Assembly: GCA_036172245.1 (NCBI GenBank)
Contig: JAYWIR010000087.1
Location: forward strand, 1-64,000
Reading direction: 5' to 3'
Origin: Raillietiella orientalis
Taxonomy: Eukaryota
DNA length: 64,000 nt
The notes under the pieces were generated by a model, which saw only the letters and a program-made list of their open reading frames with translations, was not told the DNA's origin and did not search any database. The position numbers and the translations under genes were made by a program. Below, one piece after another: positions 14,150-25,330 of this stretch; the stretch's first letter is position 1, and every line of letters begins with the position of its first letter.

Positions 14150-15195
14150 ATGTTTGCTGGGATGGATTAGGGATTGGCATCTGGCTCCTTACGGCCTCCT
14201 TCATGGTATTCGTCTCTCTTGCCCGTTACCCCTTTACCTTTTTGGCAGCGGAAGGGTCCGGGATTTCTTGTCATGGGCACACCTTGCAGATGTGGTCCTT
14301 GTTTCCACATAAGTGGTATTAGATGTTAGGGCACCGTTTTTTGAAGTGCCCTCTAGCATCGCAATGGCCACAATACTTGGGCTTTCCCACGTATTAAACA
14401 TCCACTTTCTCTTCGCCGATATTTAGTTTGTGCGAAAACCCACCATTCCCAAAAGTGTGACCCGGGCAGCGGCCATCCCATTGAATAGCCTTTTGTACGT
14501 TCGGAAGATATTGGGTTTGGCCCAATACGCGTGCACACTACTGTGCTTTGACAACTCCTCATGGACGCTGGTTTTTTCCATTCGGAGTGATACGCCAGTG
14601 AGGTGGACCAAGACGGAGCGGTCCTCCGTCACAGGAAAGATCCTGCGGCCGTCCTCCGTAATGGGGGTGTTTAGCAGGCGCTGCGTCAGACTTGCCTCTC
14701 TGCCAGTCAGCTCAACTCGCTGCCCCTACCAAGGACGGAGAGGACCTCGAGGTCTTCGTCCCTCACATTCATTCTTTGCAGCTGCATTTCAAAGGAGCGT
14801 GCAATTTTCTCGTCGAGCACACTGCCTAAATTGTAGGTAAGCGACGGTTTGTAGCCGCTGTCCTTGTAAGCAGTCTGCTCCGCAGCTGAAGCCGGGGATG
14901 GTGCAGAAACGACGGCACTCCAGCTCCTCGCGGCTGGCGAAGAGGGTGGCGAAGTAGCGGTTGCCCCCGAATCCGATGAGGCAAGTGCCCCAGATTCCGT
15001 GAGGTCGGATGCCCCCACTTTCATGGGTGGTGGATAGCATGTCGCCTCCCCTCCCCGAATTTCCATCGCGGTGTCTTCAGGCATTTCTGCCATGGGACAC
15101 CGGCGCTCCTACACATCAGGCAAAACCATTGAAAACCTTTGCACTAACCAAACCGCTAAGCAATGTCAAACCACCTTCGCTCCGTAGAAGGACAG
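14150..15195 (-). mobile_element. Element D: 5' leader and N-terminal ORF1 only
   Basis: MAEMPEDTAMEI.. start at 15093; TEDRSVLVHLTG and YVGKPKYC; related to G ORF1. Confidence 0.8.
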
Positions 15196-15203
15196 AGTGA
15201 AGT

Positions 15204-17830
15204 TTTCACCCGGTCACGCCTAATGGTTTATTGCTAAACACTTTGTTTTCGCGGTACGAGGCACCGCTACGGCCATTAGTTCTTTGGTTCTGCCGGAAAG
15301 CCGGCTTGCAGGCCGACTTGACTCTCCTTGGCAGCGAAGGGTGCAGATGGTAAAAGCGAAAAGAAAAATAAAAGAAATAACCGAAAAGAAACTATTTGGA
15401 GGGCCGGGAAGTGATCCCAGCCCGCTGGAAGAAGATACCATCCTTTCCAGGATGCCCTCGAGGTCCCTCTTCATTGTTTGCAGATGGGACCAGCCGATCG
15501 CGATTCGCAGGTATCGACCAGCGTGTACGATGGGATCGCTGTCGCTGCTTTTTCTGTTGGCTGCGCTCCACGCGGCCACAATCCCTCGGAGGCATCAAAG
15601 TGCTGCCAGGGCTGAGGCTGGTGTCAGGGCGTGTCGCAAGAAGAGGAGTCTCATAACGTCTCTGGGGGTCCTGCCTACCTGCATTGAAGGATTCGCTGCA
15701 AAACGTTCCCACAAGGGCCGGAAGGCAGCGCAGTCCACTAACAGACGGAAGAGGGATTCCTTCTCCCCGCACACTGCACAGTTCTGTCCAACATTCCCCC
15801 ACGTCCAGCGGTGGCGGCGCGGGTTGCAGGGAAGACCCCAGTCCAACAACAAAAGCGCCGTTTCCTGCCACTTTAGGGGGAGGATGGATAAATCAATGAA
15901 CGACGGGGGTCACTCTAGTTTATCCGTCGGGATGCCGAGCAGCTCGCCCCTTCTCCGTAGTCTATGCGGGTGAACTCTTGGGTTCCCGGCGTGTGCCAGT
16001 TCCCTCTTGGTCCAACCAGTCAGATCCTTCTCTTTGCCCGCTATCCCTGGCAGGAGACTTGCCATCTCGGCTTCTGAATATTTTGTAGCGCCCTCCGTAG
16101 GAAGGGTAGCGCCGTGGTCAGTGGGGTCGTCTCCGCCCAAGTGCTTCTGGTGGGACACACGATCATGTTCCGCAGCGTGCAGCGGGTGTATATTCCGGTA
16201 CGCAGGCCGTTGCAGGATTCTTCACTGATATTGATTATCTTTGCCTACGTTCCAACTGTTTCTTCCAGCCATGCGATGGAGTTGGCGGGGCTGCAGGTCA
16301 TCCACGCGTTCTCCTTTGCGAGGGTGGCCATGCGTCCCAGGAGAAGTGCACATCTTTTTTTTCGGCCGGGGCACAGAAGAAAAGACGCAAGTCCTTCAGT
16401 CCCGGACACGCGTCTGGCGAGAAGGCGGGCCGGTACGCACCACGGGGTGTTCCACATTTTCGCTGCGATGGCTAGAGTACGCCACCGCAGGTGGGTTTCG
16501 ATGCGCTCCATCGTCAGTACGCTGAGACCTTCGTCCCGACGTGGAGCGCACAATTCTTTTAAAGGGGCACGAGGCCTGCCGCCGCCCCACAGGGCGATAC
16601 GTAAGAGGTCCTTCGTTCTTTTTCTTAATTCATGGGGTACGGGGCACGCAAAAAGCAGGAGGCGAATGAGGGGGGCCGCGAACGCGTTCCACACCGCTTC
16701 CCCTTTCCGGCAAGTGAAGCTTGCTTTCCAGGAACGGGCCGATCGCTGACTCCACAATTTGGAGACGGCCTGACCAGGCTTCTGACTGACAAAAGTCCCC
16801 CAACGGAACGCCGAGGTACTTTAAGTACCTGTCCGTGGGGATCCCCAGGCGGATTCAATAAGGTCGTCCTGCCCACGTAGCACCAACCGCAACCAGCGAT
16901 GACTTCGTCCTGTTCACCTGTAGTCCTGTCCCACGGCCCAACGAGTCGAAGTAATCTTCGAATGCCGGAGCCGGGGCGGACATGGGCAGCAGGAGCAAAA
17001 GATCGTCAGCGTACGCCGACACGGCCATCGTACCTGAACACGTGCTCGGCAAAGCAGCCAATGTCACCCTGTATGCTCTCAGCACCAGTTCGAAATAGGA
17101 GCTAAAGAGTAGGGGACTCAGGCTGTCGCCATGCCGCATGCCGCGCCTTACCGCCACGCCGGACACGTGCTGTCCTCTGAAAGACAAGTTAATGATCGCA
17201 TTGCGCCAGCAGGCGCGCAGGTAAGCCAGTAAAGTGTCCGGGAAGCCCATGCGATCCAGGAGCTCCAGAAGGAGTTCCTGGTTCACGCAATCGAATTCTT
17301 TGTGCAGATCGACTGCGATCGCTAAAGCCCCCTTTTCTTCCCGGCAGTCCCTTGTTTGCCGCGCTGGCGTTTCCAAATTAAGTTTGAAGTCATTTCGTTC
17401 TTTTCTCTTCTCTTTTTCTTCGTATTGTAGATTAAACCATGTGCTGGCGAAGAACCAGTTCGCTTCCATGCTTCGCCCGGGAACAGCGTACGTCTGTTCC
17501 GAGCTGACGAATCTGTCAGCTACCTGTCCTAGTCGTGCAGCAGACATTCCGGCCAGCAACTTGTCGTCGGTGTTTACTATCGTGATCGGATGCCAGTTGC
17601 TTTATTTCCGGAGGTCTTTTCCTTTAGGTAGGAGCCTCTCTTTGGCTGAGCGAAACGAGGAAGGAACTTCGCCTTGGTCTCGGATCAGCGATTTCAATTT
17701 GAGCACCAGGGGGGTCAGCTTTGCAACGAAGCACTGAAAGAACTCCGCCGGTAGGCCGTCCTCTCCTGGCGCCTTACGCCTTTTGAGCCTTTTAATCGCG
17801 GTGATGATTTCCCCGGTTTCTAATGCCGGG
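15204..17830 (-). mobile_element. Element E: 3' half (RT, CCHC, 3' UTR, terminal hairpin)
   Basis: ORFs 16855..17559, 16245..16757 and 15595..15852; 3' end aataaaccattaggcgtgaccgggtgaaa (reverse complement). Confidence 0.87.
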
Positions 17831-17837
17831 CTTTGCT

Positions 17838-18317
17838 GAGTTCCCCTGTACGCTCTCAGTACCAACTCAAAGTAGGTACGTGGGATCCGGCTGTCTCCCT
17901 GCCGGATCCCACGTTGCACCGGCACGCCTTGCACGGTCTGCCTGCTGAAAGAAACGTTGATGAGCGTGTCGCATCAGCAGGAGCGCAGATAGGCTACTGA
18001 TGAGGCCGGGAAGCCCAGGAGTTCCAGGAGCTCAAGAAGAAGATTCTGGTTGACGCAATCGCATGCTTTGTGCAAGTCGTCTGCGACCGCAAGGGATCCC
18101 TCCTCCACCCGACCATTCGACCCCTTGTTGGCGTACGCAGCGGAGTTCCGGCTGCGCACCAAGCTCCTTTCTTGCTGGAGCTCTAGCCAGGTGGAAACGT
18201 GGAACAGGTTCGCCTCCATGCTTCCCTCGGGAACAGCATATGTCTGTTCCGGGCTGATGCAGATGTTGGTAACCCGCCCCAGACGCTCTGTCCAAACCTT
18301 AGCTAGCAACATGGCGT
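17838..18317 (-). mobile_element. C-like RT fragment, cut at the NADAK motif by G
   Basis: LLAKVWTERLG..ERSLVRSRNS..KACDCV..RQGD, nearly the same as C/J RT. Confidence 0.8.
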
Positions 18318-20396
18318 GCGGACGTGTTTTTTCCGCGTTCCTCTGCGCCTGTTGTAAAGCGTTCCTTTCCGTTACTGTTTGTGTGTGGAGCATCTGCGGT
18401 GTCCAATCGCAGAAATGCCTGAGGACACCGCGATGGAAGTCGGCGGGGGAGAGGATTGCTCCTCTCCTCAACCCATTAAAATAAAGGCAACCGCCCCCAC
18501 GGAAGAGAGGGCAACCGCTGCCTTGGAAAAGGGCGCAATTGCGTCTTTGGATCCTTCCTCGTCAACGACGAAGATCTGGAGCTCAGTGGCTGCAGCGTCA
18601 TCTCCTGCAGCCTTAGCAGAACAGCGCGCCTACCTTGAACAAGGATAGAAGCCGTCCTTGATTTACAAGGTAGGAAATCTGTTTGTGGGGAACACCGCTC
18701 GTAACTTTGAAAGAAAGTTACAGCGGTTGGATGTGATAGAGGAAGACCTGGAAGGTCTCTCCGTGAGAAGTGGGGGCCAGCGTGTGAAGCTGACTTCCAA
18801 GAATGCAAGTCTGGCGCAACGCCTGCAGAACACTCCTATCACTCTGGAAGGCAGAAAGGTCTTTTCTGTAACGGAAGACCGCTCCATTGTTGCCCACGTT
18901 TCCCGTGAAACTCTGCGCATAACAAAAGCTGGAGTGCAGGAAGAGTTGCAACAACATGGTACCGTGTACGAGCTCTGGACCAAGCCCAACGTCTTCCAAA
19001 CATACGGAAGACTGTTCAGAGGCATAGCTGCAGCGCGTGTGACCGTCCACGAAAACGGTGGGCTGCCCCACAAACTCGATATCGGCAACGAGGTCGTCGA
19101 CTTCTGGTACGTGGGCAAGCCCAAGTAATGTGGGCACTGTGATGCAACAGAGCACCTGAAAAAACGGTGCTCTCACATTTAGTGTTTCCACTGCGGGGAG
19201 AAGGGCCACCTCCGTAAAGTGTGCCCTAAGCGGGAACCTCCAGCGCCCTCTGCCTTCAAAAAGGTAAGGGGAAACGCTTGGAGAAAACAAGCAAGCCAAA
19301 AGAAGCAAAGGAAAGGCCAAGCAAAAAGCCAGAGTACGAATGCTCCTAGCAAACGGCGGTCGAGAAAACTCCCGACGACGCTGGTGACAACGAGGACTGG
19401 CGATCAGCGAAGCCGAAAAGTAAACAAATTCGTAAAACCGAAGAACCGACGGCGGAACACGCGACAACTTCTTTAAATAGAAGGCAACGCCCCGCTTTGC
19501 TCCGCGGATGTTCGGTTTCTTTGGAGCGCGTGGAGATCCCCAAGACCTCCATGGGGCAGATATCTCCCGCCTCGTTGACGTCGAAGCCGCGATCGAGGAA
19601 GGGGAACCCTCTGTGCAAACAGAGGGGAAGCCGAGCGACGCGCTCGCCGCAATCGAGGACGCGGCCTTCCAGCAGGCAGCGGAAGAGCTCGCAGCCGAAC
19701 TCGCGGACCGTGAGAACAACGCGAGAAAGGCCTTGTGAAGGCCGGCCGCGACCAGGACACCTCCGACAGGTGACTACGAACCGGATGCCGGAAGTGCGTC
19801 CTCCTCCGCGGAGGCGCCTGCGAAAAAGACTGAACGGAAGTCCAAAAATCCAAAGAGGCGCATCCCGAGAAAGAAGGAGGGGGACGCACTGGCAACCAAG
19901 GAGGAAGCCGGCAGCGTCGGAACGGAGGGAGGGATTTTCCCACCCTCCGCTACCAAGCAGCTGGCGACCCCCATGAAGGAAGGGGATAAGGTGAGTGATT
20001 GAAGCCCCTCCCAACGGTGGAACCTGCTCAGGACATAGCCATGGAGGAGGGGTAACAGACAGCTGACAACCGCTCCCACTGCTGTCCAGCGCATCCGACG
20101 AATCGGCCCCCACGGAAGAAAGAGAACCGGTGCGCGGTGATCCCGTTCCTCCATCCGTCCCGCCCGACCAGGTGGCGGGAGCCTTATTGCCACTTTCCCA
20201 GGAGTAACACCTGGGCTCGCCTGTCGCCGTCGATTACGCGTGGCCTGCTGGAACGTCAACGGGCAGCGCGACGACGCCAACAAACGGGACACGGCCGCCA
20301 CCCTGCGTGACTTCGACCTGGCGCTCCTGCAGGAGATCCACGTGATCACCGCGGAGAACGCTAAGGAGATCAAAAGGATCGCAGGGAAGCAGCTCA
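18318..20396 (+). mobile_element. Element G: leader, ORF1 (18415-20207) and APE start; cut by I
   Basis: gcggacgtgttttt at 18318; WYVGKPK followed by decayed knuckles; CWNVNG..LQEIHV at 20240-20345. Confidence 0.88.
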
Positions 20397-21555
20397 TTGT
20401 CACCTGGGTGCGCCGGGGCGTTTATTATAAACTATCCGGGAACAGGGTTCCCGGACAAAAGGGAAAACAAGAGACGAAGGGGGTGGGATCCCCGACAAGC
20501 AGGTCGGTATGCCGAAAGTCTGGAACGGAAGGGAAGGGACAACAAACACACTACTATATAAAAAAATAAAAGAAAAATATGGAGGGCAGGGGACAGGGGT
20601 CTTTGGTAAGTCCGTTCCTTCCTTTCAAAACCGGCGATGGATGCCGGCGATCTCTCTCCTTACTCCTTGCGGCAGATGGGCCCACTGGGCAGCCGAAGAC
20701 ATGTTTGTGCTGGCTAATCCGCTAAGCTGACGAGGGATGGCCAGCTTCTCCAACTCTCGGTGGGCCTTGTCGATGGCGCGGGTGCAACACATGGTTGCAA
20801 CGACAGCACCCAAATACAGGCCGCCTGGCGTGAAGAAGCGGCGCATCAAGTCTCCTGCGGTGTCCCCCTGGTGCAGGAGAGCTGAGTACAGCCTCCGCTA
20901 GAGTCCTAGAAGGGCACCGCAGTCCAGGAGCAGGTGCGGCAGCGTTTCCACTTCCCCGCACCGCTTACAGTTTGGGGAGAAAACTCCCCCGGAAACAAGG
21001 TTCGTGCGCTGGTTGGAGTGAAAACCCCAATGCACCAGCATAATCACATCCTGCTTCCATTAAAGGCGGAACAAAGAAGTGTTTAAACACGAGGGAGGGA
21101 CCACAAGATCTTCGGGGGGCACACTCAAGTGTTCGCTCCACCGAAGGAGTCCCTTCGGTATGTGGCGAGGCGAGGCGGCATCTGCCAGCTCGTAAGTCCT
21201 CCAGACGCCAATAGGTCGCGTTGTTCCTGCGATGGTGCAAGCGACCTCCCATCTCGCCGGTTCGCAACTGTCATCTCCTGCCTTGAGGGCTGACAGTGCG
21301 TCGGCGAGATGGGTGACGGCCAGGCGGGTCCACTTCCACTGGCAGTTGCACACCTCATCCACCGTGCAGCACGGGGAGAGGTGAGCGCAAAGAAGTTCCA
21401 GGAGGGAAACGTCCTGGTGCTTTGCCCAGCCATGCATTGGTTAGTGCCGCCAGGCTTCAAAGTTCGTTGGGCGGCAGGAGATCAAAATACATGAAATGTC
21501 GCGTGGCGTATTCGAAGGTTCACCACTGCAAAACAGCTTGCTGGTTACCAGCTCC
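20397..21555 (-). mobile_element. Element I: 3' end (ORF2 C-terminus and 3' UTR), A/F-like
   Basis: RWEVACTIAG, LLRWSEHL, CxRCGE..HLLLDC; 3' end aataaacgccccggcgcacccaggtga (reverse complement). Confidence 0.85.
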
Positions 21556-21559
21556 ATGC

Positions 21560-23556
21560 CGGAGAGGTCCTTCCGATGCGCGGGGATGGGAAACGAACAA
21601 AAACAAAAAGAAACAAAAAGTTCAAATGTGGGGGGGGAACAAAAGTTGTAGGGTTGGGAGGGCGGGGAAGGGATCACCGTGCGCGTGGACAGGTCCTCTA
21701 GATCCTGTTCAGGATCCGCACAAGCTGAGTCCTTTCAGCGCCTAAGTGCCGCCACTTGCAGACACTGCGCGCGAAAACGCGAGTCCAGTGTAAGGCGTTG
21801 CCGGTTAGCTGACGCCTGCTTCTGGTGGCGTTCCAAGCTGCCACTATTCCTCTGATGCAGCAGAAAACTGCTACACTAGCCGGCAGCGACAAGGCGTCAC
21901 TACAGAAGAGGCGCCTTAAAACGTCCTTTGGGCCGCATCCGCGCAAGTCCAGGATCGGCGCGAGACGATCCCACAAAGGGCGGATGGCTGTGCACTCAAG
22001 GAGAAGGTGGGGGATTGTTTCTTCTGCCCCACACCGGTCACAATCAAAATCCACAGCCCCACGAGTGGTGTGGTGCAGGCGTGCTTTGAATGGTAATCCC
22101 CACAGTACCACAAGAAACGCCACATCCTGCGATTTCAGGGGTAGGGATGCACTGATCCAGGACGCTGGGGGCCACTTCATCTCCTCCGGAGATAGTCCGA
22201 GTACCTCCCCCAGCGTCGAATTCCGTTGGACGGGACACTCGGCGTCGCAGCGCCAGCTAGCTGCCGAGATGTCCACGCCATTATCGATTGTGTACTGCTG
22301 ATTATAGTGCAGGACACGGTCCATTTCCCCTGCTCGCTACTGTCCCTCGCATTCTCAAGGAAGGGCAGCACTGGGGCGAGGGAGGTTATCAAGGCCCACA
22401 GGTGGTTGTCGTGGGACTGCACGATCTTCTGCAGCGTCCAGCGGGCGTGCCTTTTCACACAAGTGTTCCTTGTGCCCGCCGGAACGTAGATCTTTTGCAA
22501 GGTGGAGACTGACTCGTGCAACCAGGCGGAGTAGTTCCCTAGGAGGCAGGAGATCTAGGCGTTCTCCCGATCCGCAACGAAGATGCGTCGCAGCATTGAG
22601 CCACAGTATGCTCTTCTGCAGACGCGCGCAGACAGAAACGACAAAAGTCCGCCGATTCCGCAGGCTTGTTGGGCCAGGAGGCGTGCTGGAACGCATTACG
22701 GCGTGTCCCACAATTCGGCCGCGAGGGCGAGAGTCCTGAATCCAAGTTGCAATTCCATGGGCTCCAGAGTAAGTACGCCAAGTCCACCGTTTTCACGTGG
22801 AGCGCACAAGTCTTTGAGCCTCACACGGGACCTCCCTTTGCCCCAGAGGACTGTCCTCAGGAGGCCCGCCGCTTGTTTTCGAATATAATAATGGGCGGGT
22901 TAAACAAAGAGTAGGGGGCGAAGGAGGAAGGCCGCAAACGCGTTTCACACAGCGGCTTGTTCCTGCAAGTAGAACTTGCTTTCTTAGAACGGACTAATCG
23001 CCAACGCTGCCTTTTGGAGACAGTCGGAACATGTTTCTGCTGCGCAGAAGTCCCCCAACGGAACGCCAAGGTACTTGAAGCATCTGCCCGTGACGATCCC
23101 CTAGAGGATCCAATCCGACCGTCTAGGCCACGCAGAACCCACAAAGACCATAGACGACTTCGCCCTGTTCACCCACAGGCCCGTCCCGCGGCGCAGCAAC
23201 TCGAATAATTCCTCGAGCGCACTAGCTGGAGTGGACCCGGGAAGCAGCAGCAGAAGGTCGTCTGCATAGGCCGCCACGGCAGGCGTGCCAGCACACGAGT
23301 TCGGCAGAGCTGCCAGAGTTACCCTGTATGCCCTCAGCACCAACTCGAAGTATATGCTGAAGAGCAAGGGGCTCAGGCTGTCACCCTGCCAAATGCTGCG
23401 GCCTACTAGCACGCCGTACACGTGCCAACTGATGAAACCAATATTTATGTACGCGTTGCGCCAGCAGGAGCGCAGGTAAGTCCGGAGCACGGACGGGAAA
23501 CCCATGCGTTCTGCGAGCTCCAGAAGGAGATCCAGGTCGACGCAGTCGAACGCCTT
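21560..23556 (-). mobile_element. Element H2, downstream part (from KAFD to the 3' UTR)
   Basis: ORFs 23101..23505 (YADD) and 21698..22324 (CDRCGAEETIPHLLLEC); continues on the other side of J. Confidence 0.87.
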
Positions 23557-23570
23557 GCGTGCTCCAGGTT

Positions 23571-23580
23571 GGACGTGTTT
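23571..23580 (+). promoter_or_regulatory. Conserved 5' leader motif GGACGTGTTT (DPE-like internal promoter element); representative copy
   Basis: Also at 18320, 42307 and 48221, and on the minus strand at 6569, 12153 (variant), 37626 (variant) and 58703. Confidence 0.6.
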
Positions 23581-23653
23581 TCTCGGTGCTCCTCGTGCTA
23601 GGAAGTCTCCCCCAGTGCAAGCGTCGTGTGGTTCGGTGGTAGATCAGGCAGCG

Positions 23654-25330
23654 ATGCCAGACGCGACCACCAGGGATGGCCAGGGGGCAGCGGCAACGCC
23701 GCCCCCAGAGGCGATGGAGAGCCAGGGGGCGGCGGCAACGTCGCCCCCAGAGGCGATGGAGGTGGGGGCATCCGCCCCCACAGAATCGGTCCCCGCTGCA
23801 GCGCGGGCGTGGAGCGCCGTTGTGTCGGCGCCATCGCCTGCAGCCGCGGCGGAATTGTCGGCCTATGTAGAGGAGGGGTACAATCTTTCATTGTTCTACA
23901 AGGTAGGCAATTTATATTCTTTAGAGAGCGCGCGCGTCTTCTCGAAGGGCATGCGCGCTCTCGATGTGAAAGAGGAGGAGCTCAGCGCTATGACCATCCG
24001 CAGCGGGGGTCAGTACGTTGAGGTCATCTGCAAACATGCAGAGCTGGCCCAACGACTGCTTAAAACCCCCGTTGTGATGGGGACGCGCAGGCTCCTGTTT
24101 ACTCCAGCGGACCGCAGCATGGTGGTCCACCTGTTAGGTGTTACCGCGCGGATGCGCAAGGAACAGGTTAGCCCCGCTTTGGAGAAGTTTGGAACGGTCC
24201 ACGCGCAGTGGACGGAAGTTAGTCCTTTCGACGACTACGCAAGGCTGCAACACGGCCTCACTGCTGCGCCCGTGACCGTTCGGGAGGGCTGCACTCTTCC
24301 CCACAAACTGATGGTCGAAGGCGAAACCGTCGACCACTGGTATGTGGGGAAGCCGAAAAATTGTATCTTCTGCAATACGTCGGGCCACCTCAAAAAGAGG
24401 TGTCCCAATGTGCAGTGCCAAGTATGCGGCACAATGGGCCACACGAGGGAGGTGTGTCCAAAAGTAGCAGTGCGGGTGGTTTCCAAGAGAAACCTTAAAA
24501 AACGCGCCCGGCTTCTGCAGAAAAGGCTTGCGGCGAAAGCTGCCGCGAAGGCTGTGCCACCCGCGCCCAAGACCCAGGCCGCACCCGAGACCCCGGTGAC
24601 CAACGCCGAAAAAGTTGATGGAGCCGGCCAGGAGACTTGGTGGCAACTGGCAACGGCCAAAATATCAAAGAAGGAGAGGAGGATGGAAAAGAAAATCGCC
24701 TACCTACAGAAGAAAAAAGAGCAGGGTAGCGCGATTATTAAAGAGTGCAGCGTCGTTGTCGAACGCGTTCTCGATGTTGCCGAACGCTGCCGGAAAGAAC
24801 TCGCCGCTACCGACGACCTCCCCTCTGTTGACACTATCAACAGCGAGGGGAGGGAGCCGGCGGCAGCGTCCGTCATCGACACCACCATCGATGACGTAGC
24901 CTTCGCGCGAGCCGCGGAGGAGCTGGCAGCTTCGTTGCAGCCAGAACCCTCCAAGGCTGGCAAGAAGGCCGTAAGGCGTCCGGCCTCCCCTCAGCAGTCC
25001 CCCACTTCCGACCCCGAGGTGGAGGCCGGAAACGCAGCCTCCGTTTCCACGGCACCGCGCAAGAAGGTTGGACGTAAGTCCACAAAGCCAAGGAAGCTCG
25101 TCTCCCCCGTCGAAGGGGAAGAGATTGCTTCCGCAAGCGAGGGTGCCATGAGCGTGGGAAACTCTCGGGACCCGTCGCCCGAGAGACTCCCTCGCACGGA
25201 CACGGAGGGGATGTAGGGGGTGGAGGCCGAACAGGTGCCTCAGGTGCCTGAGAAGGCCGAAACCCCCATGGACATCCCGTCCGCCTCGCAAGAGGCGGGC
25301 TCCCCCACACCTTAATCTTCCCAGCAGTAA
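23654..25330 (+). pseudogene. J ORF1, nearly intact (premature TAG ending at 25216)
   Basis: ORF 23504..25216; CIFCNTSGHLKKRC and CQVCGTMGHTREVC; TAATG at 25328-25332. Confidence 0.9.

Noticed and set aside
20190..20210. Canonical -1 slippery heptamer at the ORF1/ORF2 junction
   Set aside because: TTTCCCA is not in the required ORF1 phase and has C at the Y positions
23504..23653. N-terminal extension of ORF1 in the ORF track (also 12071-12220)
   Set aside because: It runs through antisense host RT and the leader; the conserved start is MPD at 23654 / 12070
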